Below are positions 36,283 through 48,400 of a stretch of DNA of 62,667 bases, one piece after another (position 1 is the first letter of the stretch; every line of letters starts with the position of its first letter). This stretch comes from Perkinsus chesapeaki ATCC PRA-425 (Eukaryota > Protista > Perkinsozoa). The stretch covers positions 1 through 62,667 of the forward strand of contig JAAPAO010000146.1 in the NCBI GenBank assembly GCA_013115145.1. The letters are read 5' to 3'. Below the pieces are notes generated by a model. The model ran no database searches and was not told the origin of the DNA. It was given only the letters and a program-made list of their open reading frames with translations. The translations under genes and the position numbers were made by a program.

Positions 36283-37430
36283 CTAAATTTCATCATCATC
36301 GTCGGCATCATCGGGAAGGATCTCTTCATCATCATCGGAGTTACTGCCGTACGTCTCATCTACAACAAGTACAGATAGGCCATAAATACTACGGCCATAA
36401 TTCAGCGATTTGCCACTTATAATGTGCTATTTTGCACCCCGCCTTGCGAGATATACACGTACAGGCTTATCCTGTGCGCCCTATCGAGCTCTCGATCCCT
36501 GCATGATGATGCACGCCACCATGTTCACTACCATCATCGTCCATGTCATCATCATCATCATCATCATCCTCTTCCTTCTCATCATTAGTCTTATCGGTTG
36601 CTTCCTCATCCTCATTATCATTATCCATGTCTTCCAAATCCCCTTCCGCTGCTTCACGTAACTCCCTTACTTTCTCAACAAGCAGCGCCTTCTCTTGTTC
36701 CACCTGACCAACATCTCCCAGTCAGGTGCCCATTACAGCTCACCGCCGCCGCATCCTGTAGCACCTCCACAATCGCCTCGTAGTCACAGTTATCATCTGA
36801 AACTCTACAATGCGGATCTACTCACCGCAATACTGGCCGCCCTACCAGCTCGGCATAGGGCGGGAGCGCTACTCCCTGTGGCGTCCTTCACATCTTCATT
36901 GAAAACATCAACCTTGCTTGCTGTCAGAGTCAGTAAGGCCTGAACATACCCAACTGTAGACGGCAGTGCTGTATCATCCCAGACATCGGAGCTAGCTCCA
37001 TCACCCATCCCTCACAGCAACAGCCGTTGGACATTATTTAAGCGTATGTTATGCCCATAGAAGTATCCAATGTAGGGGGACAGTTGCGATAACGATGAAC
37101 CACAACTCACCTGAGTGTTGCCGAATTCCCATGCCCAGAAGATAGCACCGCGTCCATCACCAGACCTCTCAAAAATGGCCTTTGGGTTGGTTATAAGCTA
37201 CAACACTCCTCTTATAGACAACTCATCAAACTAATCCTTATTACAAAGGTCCTGAAGGTATCGGCCGCTTCTTCTCCCATCGACATCATCTGCCATATCC
37301 TGACAGTGATGCCTGTCTGAGCAATACACTGTAAATGCATTCCTTACTGAGTGGTAGTAGGAGTGTCCTGCCACTCCACACTCGCCATAGCGGCTCCGAT
37401 AGCGACGGCAGCGATAAGAGTGAAACGCAT
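36283..37430 (-). CDS. Signal-peptide protein with ankyrin-like repeat and acidic C-terminal tail
   Basis: MRFTLIAAVAIGAAMA; RSGDGRGAIFWAWEFGN...DVKDATGSSA; Asp/Glu-rich tail ending DDADDDEI*. Confidence 0.55.
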
Positions 37431-37574
37431 TTGACTGGAATAAAAAATAGGCTGCCCCACTATTGCCCGAAGTAGAACGCAGATCGAGCGGGTGGTAGTG
37501 TCAAATTGAACTGAATCCTCCCCAACTGGATGAAGTGGTACAATTATTGGGTACAGTGTTATACACAGGAGTGG

Positions 37575-40047
37575 TCAGTGAGCCGGGGGAGGAGGAGGAG
37601 GCACTGCTGCTGCTGGTGAGCGATGAGATGGGCCATTCCTCAGCGAACGCTGGACATTATCCTTGCAGATGGGACAGTCAGTATTCCGTCTCAGCCACTC
37701 ATCAATACACGATGTGTGGAAGACATGGCTGCATGGTAGCACTCGAAGCGGAGGATCAGTTGCTGAATAGGATTGGAGCTGGAGATATCCTGGGCAGTGT
37801 GGCTTACGTTCAAAGTCATTGAGGCAAATCATACATTGATCCTGATTATGCTCCCTAGGCGCCGTGGCTCTGAAGAAACAACACACACTGTCGCAGCTAC
37901 TGTGGGCTCGGCAGCACAATACAGTCACATTATCGAGGGACAACCAAGGGACTTCTCATAGGTGCGGTGAGGAACAAAAATTGATTCAAAAGAGGATTCC
38001 GTATCAAAGATATAATGTAAGTATAGGAAAAGCCCTTGAAGTTCCTACATAACAGTCCAGAAGGGGTTTACCACTCTGTATCTCTACAAGGTAAGTGTGA
38101 CTCTCCACCGCCCCCCCCGCCCATTAGTACGGTTGTGTAGGTATGCTATTGATAGTAGCCTGGTCCAATCCAGAGCGACTTGAAAGCGTCTCTTGCAAGT
38201 CCATTAGCCTCTCATATACATCCCCACTAGCCTGTCCATTAACAATAAGCCCTCAACATCTCCCACACCCACTACCATCATGTCCGTATTCAATAACAAC
38301 ATCTGAAGTCCTGGGGGGAGGTGCTGCAACTGCTGAGCCATCTCCGGCGATAGCAGATTACGCAGAGTAGGAGGGACACTGCCTTCACAAAAGATAGTCG
38401 TTGACCTATCCTCCAGCTTACAACAACACCGCCATTCTTAATACTACCGCCCGACTCTCCTCCTCTCAAACCCACTAGCCGAGTTGAACGGCTCAGCAGC
38501 CACCACTTTAAACTGAACCTAATCGCCACCTGGCTGTAGTAATGCTGACCTTCCCAAGCCTACCCCATGGAAATCAAAGATATCATTAACTGCATATGTT
38601 CGCAATGGATGAGCCTTGAAATAGGGCTTCAGATAGTCGTTCCACAAATCATACTGGTATACTCTAGAGGGAGGTAATATTCCCTGGCCGGTCCTTTCTC
38701 TTTATCCTTACCTCGATAAAGTGTCTTGAAATGGCACAACATGTATCCTAGTGAACTCCTGACTATTATCAATATTTACATACATAGTAGTGTCCGATGT
38801 AACAACACCATGGGGACAGGGAGGCTCTGAAGAATAAGAAGAAGAAGCATGAACGATGCCAACGCGACCAGGCGGAAACGGGGGCAGCTAACTGACTTTT
38901 ATCCTCAGTTATTAATAAAATTTACCATGGTGACACGCACTAGCAGCGTGCCCCAGCAAGCTTACTAAGATCACACCTTGAACTATTGGGGACGACGGAG
39001 CGAGACTGACTCCAGACATATCCAAATAGTGTAGGTATCCTGCCTATCCCCACATTACCTGTAGCAGCCACCACAAACTTCAAACCAAAGATGTCTATAG
39101 TATGGTTAACATCTAGTATTTGGGTTATCCGTTGAGGATGGTTACTGAATTGTGACTGGAAATAAGGTGCCACATAATTACCTATCAAAAACCACACTAC
39201 TACTATCACCACCACCGATCCGCCGCCCTCTACTACTGAATAAAGCCTCTTCAGAGTTAATCTCGCCATGCTGGTCTGTACATACCAACTGAAGCTTTGT
39301 TAGCTTCTCAACAGGCGGCCCCTCTATAAAAAACTCAGTATCCTTCACTATAATACCTCCTTCCTTTGGCAGCACCGATGCCACTATATACCTTATCAAG
39401 ACCAATGCTCCACAAGCGTTACCACCTACTCCCTTACTGTTCACCATTATCCCCCATAAACACATCATCCTCACTAACTGGTGTCCTCTCTGACCGCAGC
39501 GCCTTCAATGCACCGTTTAGTTGGTCTGATATAATCCACAATCCCCCACACCAAGCTCTCTCATCACTACCAAGAGCGTCCATGTTATTAACTTCACCCC
39601 CCAGCGGTAGTATATGGCATTTCTGCAAGGGCTGGTCCTCCACCGAAGCCTTTGGTGTTTTACGCTCTGCTGGTGGCGGTGGTGATGCTGATGACATCCG
39701 GTGGTGACTCGGGACCGATTCCTGGTGCACCCATAATTCCCATGCATGCCCGCCATCACACGTACACTCGTTACGGTCGACCCGCTTCCCTGCGGCCCCA
39801 CCGGTTCACTAGCCTTAGTCGTTACCGACGCAACTCTCACTAAAGGTGGTGATGCTGGTGCTGCTGCTGCCCCCATAGCAGAGGACTCTGCCCCTCCTGT
39901 AGCTGGTCCATCTAAGACCTCCGAGATATCCTCATTACTGCTGCTATAAATAACACTACCTGATGCGGTAGTGTTTGGGCCTGGATTGCTCTGTAACCAA
40001 CGACGCCTCTGCTCCTCCCTATAGGCAGCTAAATCATTATCAGCCAT
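37575..40047 (-). CDS. RING-H2 E3 ubiquitin ligase with three Cdc48/p97 N2-subdomain-like repeats
   Basis: CMICLNDFE..LPCSHVFHTSCIDEWLRRNTDCPICK; repeat 3 RIHVVPFQDTL..DLWNDYLKPYFKAHP..NDIFDFHG|VQFKVVAAEP..STTIFCEG. Confidence 0.8.
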
Positions 40048-40780
40048 TCCTCAAAACAAACAGAAACAACAAACTATCCTGACACCCATGTTAAATCACC
40101 TTCGCTGTACCAATCAGCAGTTACACTCTACCGCGAGCGCCAGTAAGCATTTGTCAATTGACTCTGGTGATAGTACGAATACGATAACACTGTCTACCAT
40201 GGCAGTGTCGGAATACCCGACAGTTAACCTTCGAGTCCTCGACTTCACCGAAATTGTATTCTGAACGGTTGCAGGCTTGAACGGTAGAACTCCTGACTAA
40301 AGCTAGTTCTTGAAGGTTGGTTGCTCCGGTGATTAAGCGACAATGTATATATGCTCATTGCCATGTCCTTTCTCGTACTGCTCCCAAGTGGAGATATAAC
40401 AGTAAAAACAATCCGCAATATGGCTTACACTGTGGAGGACACCTATCACTGCTACTCTTGCCGAATGCGACGCGATATAACACACTTGAGGAGACGAAGA
40501 TCAATTATCAGTAACTACTACTGAACGGTGATATCATTGTAAGACAGTAAACTATCCAGACTACAAGTAACAATATAGATGACAGTGAGGCGGCATCACA
40601 TAGTCACTCGTTACAAAGTATCGTTATCCTTTATAATCCGACAACCCCAGTTTATGTTAAGTTGAAAACACAACACTATATAGTATCCACATTGATCTCC
40701 AGATCACCGGAATCTCGAGTGCGGTGGTAGCAGTAGCAAGTACTCCCAACGACAGCAGCAACTTTCCATCATTACACTGC

Positions 40781-41236
40781 TTAAGAAACGACGGCAGCGG
40801 CCTGGAGGGGGCTGTACTTCCAGGAGGCGGGGAGACGCTTCTCACGACGGTAATAACGGGCCAATCTGTAGATCCTGGATTCAACCAAAATAAGACGGAA
40901 CTTGGCGTCCTTGTCCTTGCGGTTGTGCTCCATATGCTTGCGGATAGAGACGGCCTTCTTCATAAGATGGTAGAGATCCTCGGGCAATTCAGGGGCCAAA
41001 CCTCTGAGCTTGAGGATACGGAGGATCTTGTTACCGGTGAGGAAACGGACCTGGGGGACGCCGTAGGAATCACGAAGAGTGACACCAATCTGGGAAGGAG
41101 TGAGACCCTTCTTGGCGAGCTTGCAGATGTTCTCAGCGCAATCCTCAGGGGTCATCTTGACCCAAGCGGGAGTCCTACGACGATAGGGAAGGGCACTGGA
41201 CGAGATGCCCTTACCTCTTCCATACATTCGACCCAT
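40781..41236 (-). CDS. RPS13: 40S ribosomal protein S13 (uS15), intronless, 151 aa
   Basis: [18 protein letters not shown]...[13 protein letters not shown]...[22 protein letters not shown]. Confidence 0.98.
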   Translation of the reverse strand: MGRMYGRGKGISSSALPYRRRTPAWVKMTPEDCAENICKLAKKGLTPSQIGVTLRDSYGVPQVRFLTGNKILRILKLRGLAPELPEDLYHLMKKAVSIRKHMEHNRKDKDAKFRLILVESRIYRLARYYRREKRLPASWKYSPLQAAAVVS

Positions 41237-41736
41237 GGTGGCGGAGAGGTGGAGAAATTCGTGGACGATATCGGCCTAATCGATCACCGTGCGATTTAGC
41301 TATTTCTTGCATTTAGGCCAAATCTGCAGTGTTGCACGAAAACTTCATCCGCGGCGCAAAAGCAGCCGACCGACTAGTGCTGCCTAAATCTATAAACCTA
41401 TCAAGGCATATCGTGCCCATCAAATGACCAATAGCACTCTATATCACACTGCTCTCTATCTGCGATATTTTTCTGCACTCTTATAGTTTCTTTTCACCAA
41501 CCCTACCATTCGTTAGTTTCGCTATCTCTCACAGCTTTCGTGCGAGTCCTTATCACAGTATCTCGTAACCTTGTTTACCCTTTAATTGCCACTTAACAAC
41601 CTTTACCATCTTGATACGCCTCTCGGCATCAATGCTTGGGTTGTGACCCCTCAAATGCGGCGACCCCTTTCCGCTCTATACTTACAACACAACAGCAGCA
41701 CAGCAATCACCGAGTCTGAGACAGCCTTTACCACCA

Positions 41737-41918
41737 AAAGGTGAGACCCTTCCCAGCTCGGGACCGTTTGACCATCAAGCAGCCCTTGAAGGGAACTGCT
41801 ACTCGAACCATTGGTGTACACCTTCACCCCCGCACTTCACTTTCAACACAAAATCATTCAAAAATCCCGAGACTAGGGGAGCCTTGATCACCTTAAAGGT
41901 GAGACCCTTCCCAGCTCG
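41737..41918. repeat. Perfect 24-bp direct repeat AAAGGTGAGACCCTTCCCAGCTCG (41737-41760 and 41895-41918)
   Basis: Two exact copies 158 bp apart, just downstream of the peroxiredoxin stop. Confidence 0.85.
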
Positions 41919-41953
41919 TTTATAAGTTGAAAACTGATAACAGCTGCTGCTGC

Positions 41954-42877
41954 TTAGGTATGCTTGGTGAGGTATTCGGCCACGCCTTCAGTGCTGGCCT
42001 TCATAGCCTCTTGCCCACGATGCCACGCCACCGGGCAAACTTGATCACCGTGACTGTCGGTGAACTCTAACGCATCCAAAATCTGAAATAGCACAACATA
42101 TGCAATTAAATTCAGCCCTACTACAACAAACAAGGATGCAGGTTGTTACTGAGCCATGATACTCACCCTAAGGACTTCATCAACATTCCTTCCCAATGGT
42201 AAATCATTCTTCAACTCAGATCGCACTTTACCCTCCTTATCAATGATGAACACACCACGGCAAGCAACACCAGGCTCGTCCAACAAGACCTGAAGTGCCC
42301 AACTAGCCCGACCAACAACAGCTTCATTAAACCTACTTGATAAGCCTTGGAAATCTCGTGCTTATTGTCGCTAATCATAGGATGGTTGATCTGCGTACCA
42401 AGGCCCCCCGCCGTTTTGGCGGTGTTCTTCCAAGCCTTATGGACATCAGCCGAGTCCACAGAGCATCCAAGAACCTGACAACGATAATATAACCTTTCGA
42501 ATGCATACAGTCCAAAGCCTACCTCAGCACCTCTCTTTTTGAACTCTTCCAGCTTGTTATGGAATTCGATAGTCTCCGTGGCGCATACAAAGGTGAAATC
42601 GCCCGGATAGAAGTAGAGTACTACGTACCTTACACACTCAAGATGCAATAACCAGCCTTACTGATTGAATGCCTTACTTTCCCTTGTAATCGGATGTGTT
42701 AATAGTCTTAAAGGTATTGTCAGGCATGCATGCCTTAGCCTCGAATGAGGGTGCTTGCTTACCAATAAGCGTGCCGAATGATCGGAATGCTAAAGGTGCC
42801 GCAAATCTGGCCATTGCAGGAGAGGCCAGACGAGCTGCCATCGGGGCGGCCATGCGAGCTGACAACGCGCCAAACAT
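41954..42877 (-). CDS. Typical 2-Cys peroxiredoxin (Prx1/AhpC), probably mitochondrial
   Basis: Arg/Ala-rich acid-free leader; [34 protein letters not shown]. Confidence 0.93.
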
Positions 42878-43183
42878 TTTAAACCGGACAAAAACTTCTG
42901 ACAAGTCAAAAATTTGTACCAAAAACCGAAAAAAGGTTCGTCCTTCGAATGGGCGCTTCACCGTGACAAATCATCTGTTTGAGAGCGAGAAGGGCGGTGA
43001 ACCACTAGCAGGGCTAAACAAGTCCATCAAAGCGGACAAGCCACACAAAAAATTCATTGGCAAAGAAAGGCGGGCGCGGATTAAACTAGCGGAGCGAAGC
43101 GACTCATGTTTGGCCATTTTCATTGGCCGATTATGTCCACACAAGATACCTGCTGCCTGAAACAGTTACAGAAACACGTCATG

Positions 43184-44858
43184 CTACAGTGGCTTGCTCT
43201 TCAGTGCATTTTTAGCCTCATAAGTTGCATATCTGACACAACGAAAAGCTCATTTCTCTGCAATCTGCACACAAAGCTTACAGCTGACCACATGCCGCGT
43301 CGATGGACCGGCCGAATGAATTTCTGAAGGAGGTCGTAATGCCCTCATTAGTTAGAATGGACTGAAACTGGTTCCAGTCCTCGCAGCGTTTGAATGCTGT
43401 CGACACATCTCGTGCCTCGTTATATCTACCAGAGCATCGAGCCAAAGATGCCACCAGCAACTTACGGCAATAAATTAACGTGATAAAGGTAACTTGTTTG
43501 TTTCGGTCTCTCCTTAATAAGCTGGGCCAACGCTCGGGCGTGCCTATCATTGAGGAACGCTTGCGGGAAACGCCACTGTACGGTGATCACCTTTCCGTGT
43601 CATTAATCCCCTTCAACAGCAAATATGATATCCATATCCGCCTTCCAGTCCGCTTAATACGATCATCCAGCACATCGAACACCTGCCGCCCGGCTCAGTC
43701 AGCGCAGCCAGAGCATGCCAGCCTTGCCTTAGCGAAAGGATAAACCTTTTGGATCGGCATTATCTTCTCCCGTTCCTCTGGAAAGGGACTGTGCAGCGAG
43801 TACGCCACATTAGCCTGAATGAACGAGCGGGAAGAACCGAGCGCAGTATGGGCCTGCTGCTGCTGAAGGAGCCTCGCGGCTGAGACCTGACATACCTGCG
43901 GATGCAGCTCGGTGAGTTTGACTAAACCAGGGATGATCCCAATCGTGGAAATACTCATGCGCCTCGCCGATAGCCCAACAAGCTGAGGATCAGTCAGGAC
44001 CGATATAGCATTGAATATCTTCGGATTTGCCAATGGCTCCCCCATACCCATGAACGACACCGAATCCACCACGTTACCTGGTAACAAGCCCTATCTTAAA
44101 GTAGACCGCCACAAGTGTAGCTACCTGTAGCGCGGAAAGTGAGAACTTGCCCGACAATCTCATCGACGCTCAACTGCCTCTTCAATCCTAGCTTACCGGT
44201 AGCACAGAAACTACAGTTGAACGCGCAACCTGGAAATCGACCAGAGAATCTTCAGTAGTATTCTTCACTTCGAAAAGCGGCGCAGAGAGCCTTCCATACA
44301 TTGCCAGCCCATGTACTCACCGATCTGGCTGGAGACGCAGAGGCTCGTATGGGAACGGAAGTCCAAGCCAACGGCCTCAAACTTCCCACCGTCCTGCCGA
44401 CTTTCGAGCAGGAATTTATGAGCGAAATCGGCCGATCCCCTACAAAGCGGAAGATTCTAATACACTAGCAGTGACGCCCCTTTGGATTGACAAGCGTTCT
44501 CTAGAGCTTCCAGCACCTACTGCTCGAGGACTCGCAATGGCGAAAGGCTGTCGCCAAAACTAGCCTTCAGTTTGTCCCTAACCCGTTGTGGAACTCTATT
44601 GATAGCATCCGGTGAGCTGACCCCCTTCTTATAAATATCTTGTATCACCAGCCCGATTTGCCACTCTGGTGTATTCCTGCCAAACACAAAACATGCCAAG
44701 GCGTTCCGGTCTCCCAACACATCCCGCAAGCCTCTCGTGCCCCACAGGGAAAATTCATCGACTTTTCTGGTGCACGCGTCAAGCTTGGATTCCCTTTCCC
44801 CACCTTACTCCTTCTCCAGGCACTCTACAATATCCGTTAGTCGTTTTGACAACGCCAT
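43184..44858 (-). CDS. Cfr/RlmN-family radical SAM RNA methyltransferase, Cfr-like
   Basis: CVSSQIG|[64 protein letters not shown]|YATY. Confidence 0.9.
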
Positions 44859-45405
44859 TGCATGTCTCGGAATATGTTTACTCTGCTGGACTGTCGCAGC
44901 TATCGGCCGAGACAAGGCTTGCTGTGATTTGGCGCTCACAGCATTCATGGAATTCGTTAACTACAGCAGGAGTCCTCGGATATTGGTCGCCGTCCACTGT
45001 GAAGTTGAGCCCATCGAAGTTACGGTCCCTAGAATTCGTGAAAATCTAGGAATCTGCAACTCAGCCTCCACAATACAACGAAAGCATGCAGCACTCTCTG
45101 GCGGTTGAAAAATCTGCACGTATGCGCACGCGCACGCGTCAAAAAATAGAGGCGCGGATTCGAACCGGCGCAATTCACCACAAGGCTTGTCAGTAATGAC
45201 CAAATTGGTCCGCAGGCTGCCGACTAGCATACATGCCTAACTCGGCTCACGATACGTCCATCAGTGAAAATGGGTCACATAAAATCGTTAATTCCCGGTA
45301 TATTCGAAAAGTTCAGCATAGGTGCCGGAAATCCGTCCTCCTGTTTAAATTGAACATCATCATCTCAACAACATCATTGGTAGTTAATATCGATACCCTA
45401 CACCA

Positions 45406-48400
45406 TCAGTTGTTAGGCTCGCTTCGTGGTGCCTCAAGCAGCACGTTCTCATGAGCAATCACACAAGTCTGCTCCAGAGTGTAGTGGTGTAGCACTCTCG
45501 GAGTAGTGCCTAACACAAATCACAACGCCGACCAGCAAGAGTCACGCTGCACCCGCTCACCTTCAATTTCAATGTGTCTCTTCATAACCTTACCAAACTC
45601 ATAGACTGTATCCGACTCTGCATGCCTAATGCGGACCCGTAGCGCCTTGCCGACCGTGAGCCATGTACCCTACTCTCGAAGATTTATCCAGTCCTCGGTA
45701 AGGGCAAAGACACCCTCAAGCTCCTCGTTCGCTGATGCCATCGTCCTCTTCGCCCACTTCTCAAGGACAACCAACTTCTTTGCCAGCAACACCTGTATGA
45801 GTAGTAACGAAGAACCGCTTCCGGCATAGCGAATCTGTTTCTGTTACTGATCGGTGGAAATTATCGATGAGTGCAGTAAGCGAAAAGCCATGATATCTCA
45901 AGGGTTATCCGCGGCTATTTTCACCTTCTCTTGAAGCAAAGCCTTCTGATAGTCCACAAACGCATCCGGTGGCGGCTGGACATCAACTGGTTCCGGCGGA
46001 GGCTCCGATTTCCCTTTTTTCCCTCCCTTAGTTGTTGCTGCGGCCTTCGGGTCTGTCACGGGCTCCGGCGGTTTGCTGGGGTCCTGGAAGCATAGCCTCC
46101 ACACTCCACTTACAAGCGACTCTCAGCGCACGAAGATTGCCTGGCTCATAGATAAAGCGCCTACCTTCCATTGGGTAAGTCGACCAGGCGGCGACTCTGA
46201 GGCAGCACGGACCGTCTCAATTAGGTTGTCGATGAACGGGAAGATCCACTCCCCTTCCACCGGAGGGTCCGCTTCCCTATCAGGCTCTATGAACCTGAAC
46301 CCTCCTGCCCTGTACCTCCGTCATCATGCCTAGCATCAAGATCCTTCGACCTACTTGCGAATTTGGCTGGCAGACCAAACTAGTTCCGGTGCCTCGACCT
46401 TCTCATCATTTGCCTCCGCCGTGGCAGCCATGTAGGCTTCATATTTCTCTCTATTAGCATCTACCTAAAGTCATAATGAAGACATGGGCTCACGGGGGGC
46501 TTCATTTGGAGCCCCTAAACCTCTCAGTGAACACTCCCGAATCTCACTGGATCTACAAACCCGCTAGCCTTAGTCCTGGCTGTCGACGAAAGAAGGCTCG
46601 ATGTTCATTTCCAAAGCTCATCGACAAGGTTCGAAGAGCGTCGTGAAGCGTACTTACTGTCTCCTGGTCCACACTCAATACGTCAATCTTCTGGATCAGC
46701 TCTTCGGGCACTTCTTCATGCAAGACTGGCCCACCATGTTCAGACGGCAACAGGAGTGAATAGGCGTCGCGGAGCAGCCTGCAGGCACTGTAGAACCGGG
46801 TGTACCTGAAGACAGTGAGGTACTTCACATATCGAAGTGTCCGAACCTACGAAAGTGAAGCCACCCTACTTACTCGGCTCGGAATAGGGACTGTATAGCA
46901 GCTGCAAGTGCTAGTAGTATCGTCTCTGCCACATTTGATGCGATAATCTGCCAAGTTAGAGCCTTCTTAGGATAGCAACAGCAGCAAACTGCGGAGCCCA
47001 CCTGTTGTCGGAGATCCCGAGTCGCCTGAATCTTCTTCTGAATGAACTCGGTCACCAATTTCTGGCAGAGCTCGTCCACCTGACGGCACACGCTCGTTTA
47101 GGAACGAGCGGAAGTGCCTGTTGGGAAAGATACCCTTAGGTGAAGCTCATCCTTGGTCTCCTCGTTCTCTCGGCACATATCGCTGTACTCATCCGTGAAA
47201 GCATTAAATTCAGCAATGAAGGTCTCAACATGACTCTGTCGACAGTCGGGCAGTTGGAGACTCTTGACAATCAAAGACCTATCGGTGGTGGGCTCACGTC
47301 CCCAGTGAGCCCACAGGTCACCTGCCTTATATCGGAGACGGTACGCTGAATACTTTGCCGGCACCGGCGGAACCATCGGAAGGTCTAAGTTGTAATCGAG
47401 AGATTGACACATAGCCGTTAGTCGGCGCTTACCTGACGGTATTGTTCATCCATACCACCCATGCCTGTGACTGCTAGTTCCCACTGTTCCGCTAAGAACA
47501 GGATACTGCAGACATCACAATGCTTCAAAGATTCCACCATGCTAAATGATACAGGAGCCTGATAGGAAGAGTCACATTAAGCCTGGAATATGTACCGAAC
47601 GCCTTAAGCCACTCACACTCTCAGCAACCTCCGAATTGTCATTTGACGTGGTTGCCTCTTCAAGCCGCTCCTCAGGTAGATCCTAAAGGCCGCCACCTCG
47701 TAAAGGTTGAAGAAGCCGACTTGCCTCCAGAGCCAACAGCAAAGAGCTAAGGGCTTCATCGGGAGTTCTGCATGCTATCCTTAAAGTCGGACAGCCCAGA
47801 TCATCGAACGTCCGCGATAACTGTTCCTCTCTCTCATCAAAAGCGTGATACCTACGCAGCAAAATCACAAGCAATTGATAAACTGAAATGCTCACAGATG
47901 GGGCAGCATGCTGGTCGGGTATGCTGGGTCCTCATACTCTACCGTACGCCCAAGGGAGATGTGGCACTTCTGCAGAAGGAGGTCTCCCACGTATATGATG
48001 TCAGCACCACTACTGTTTTTCTGGGAGAGCTGTTGGAGTCCTTACTGCTCACTGTCGCTATGAAGTTTTCCTGCACTACATGTAAGTTGCTTACTGAAGA
48101 TGGAACAGCTACCTGTGTTGCTTCCAACGGTAGACGCGGCTGTCCGAGGGGTGACGCTGGTGACCCTCCCAGTGATTCAATCACCGCAGTCGCTTCGGGC
48201 GAGGCCTTACGGACGATCTCAGAAACGATAGGCGGTGGATCGGTCTGAGCAATGGCAATGGCAAGACCCTCGCCGACCGAATGAAGCTGGGACTTCACAA
48301 GCAGAGAGGAAGAAGATTCTTAATCAAGCAAACACAAAACGGCCTAAATGAGCATTGGGAAGGTAGAACAATATTGATAGAGCTAACTGACCCCTTAGGA

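Noticed and set aside
40724-41299. 191-aa plus-strand ORF
   Set aside because: Antisense shadow of RPS13, caused by codon bias of a highly expressed gene
41737-41918. 24-bp repeat as a CRISPR array
   Set aside because: Only two copies, 134-bp gap, eukaryotic context, no cas genes
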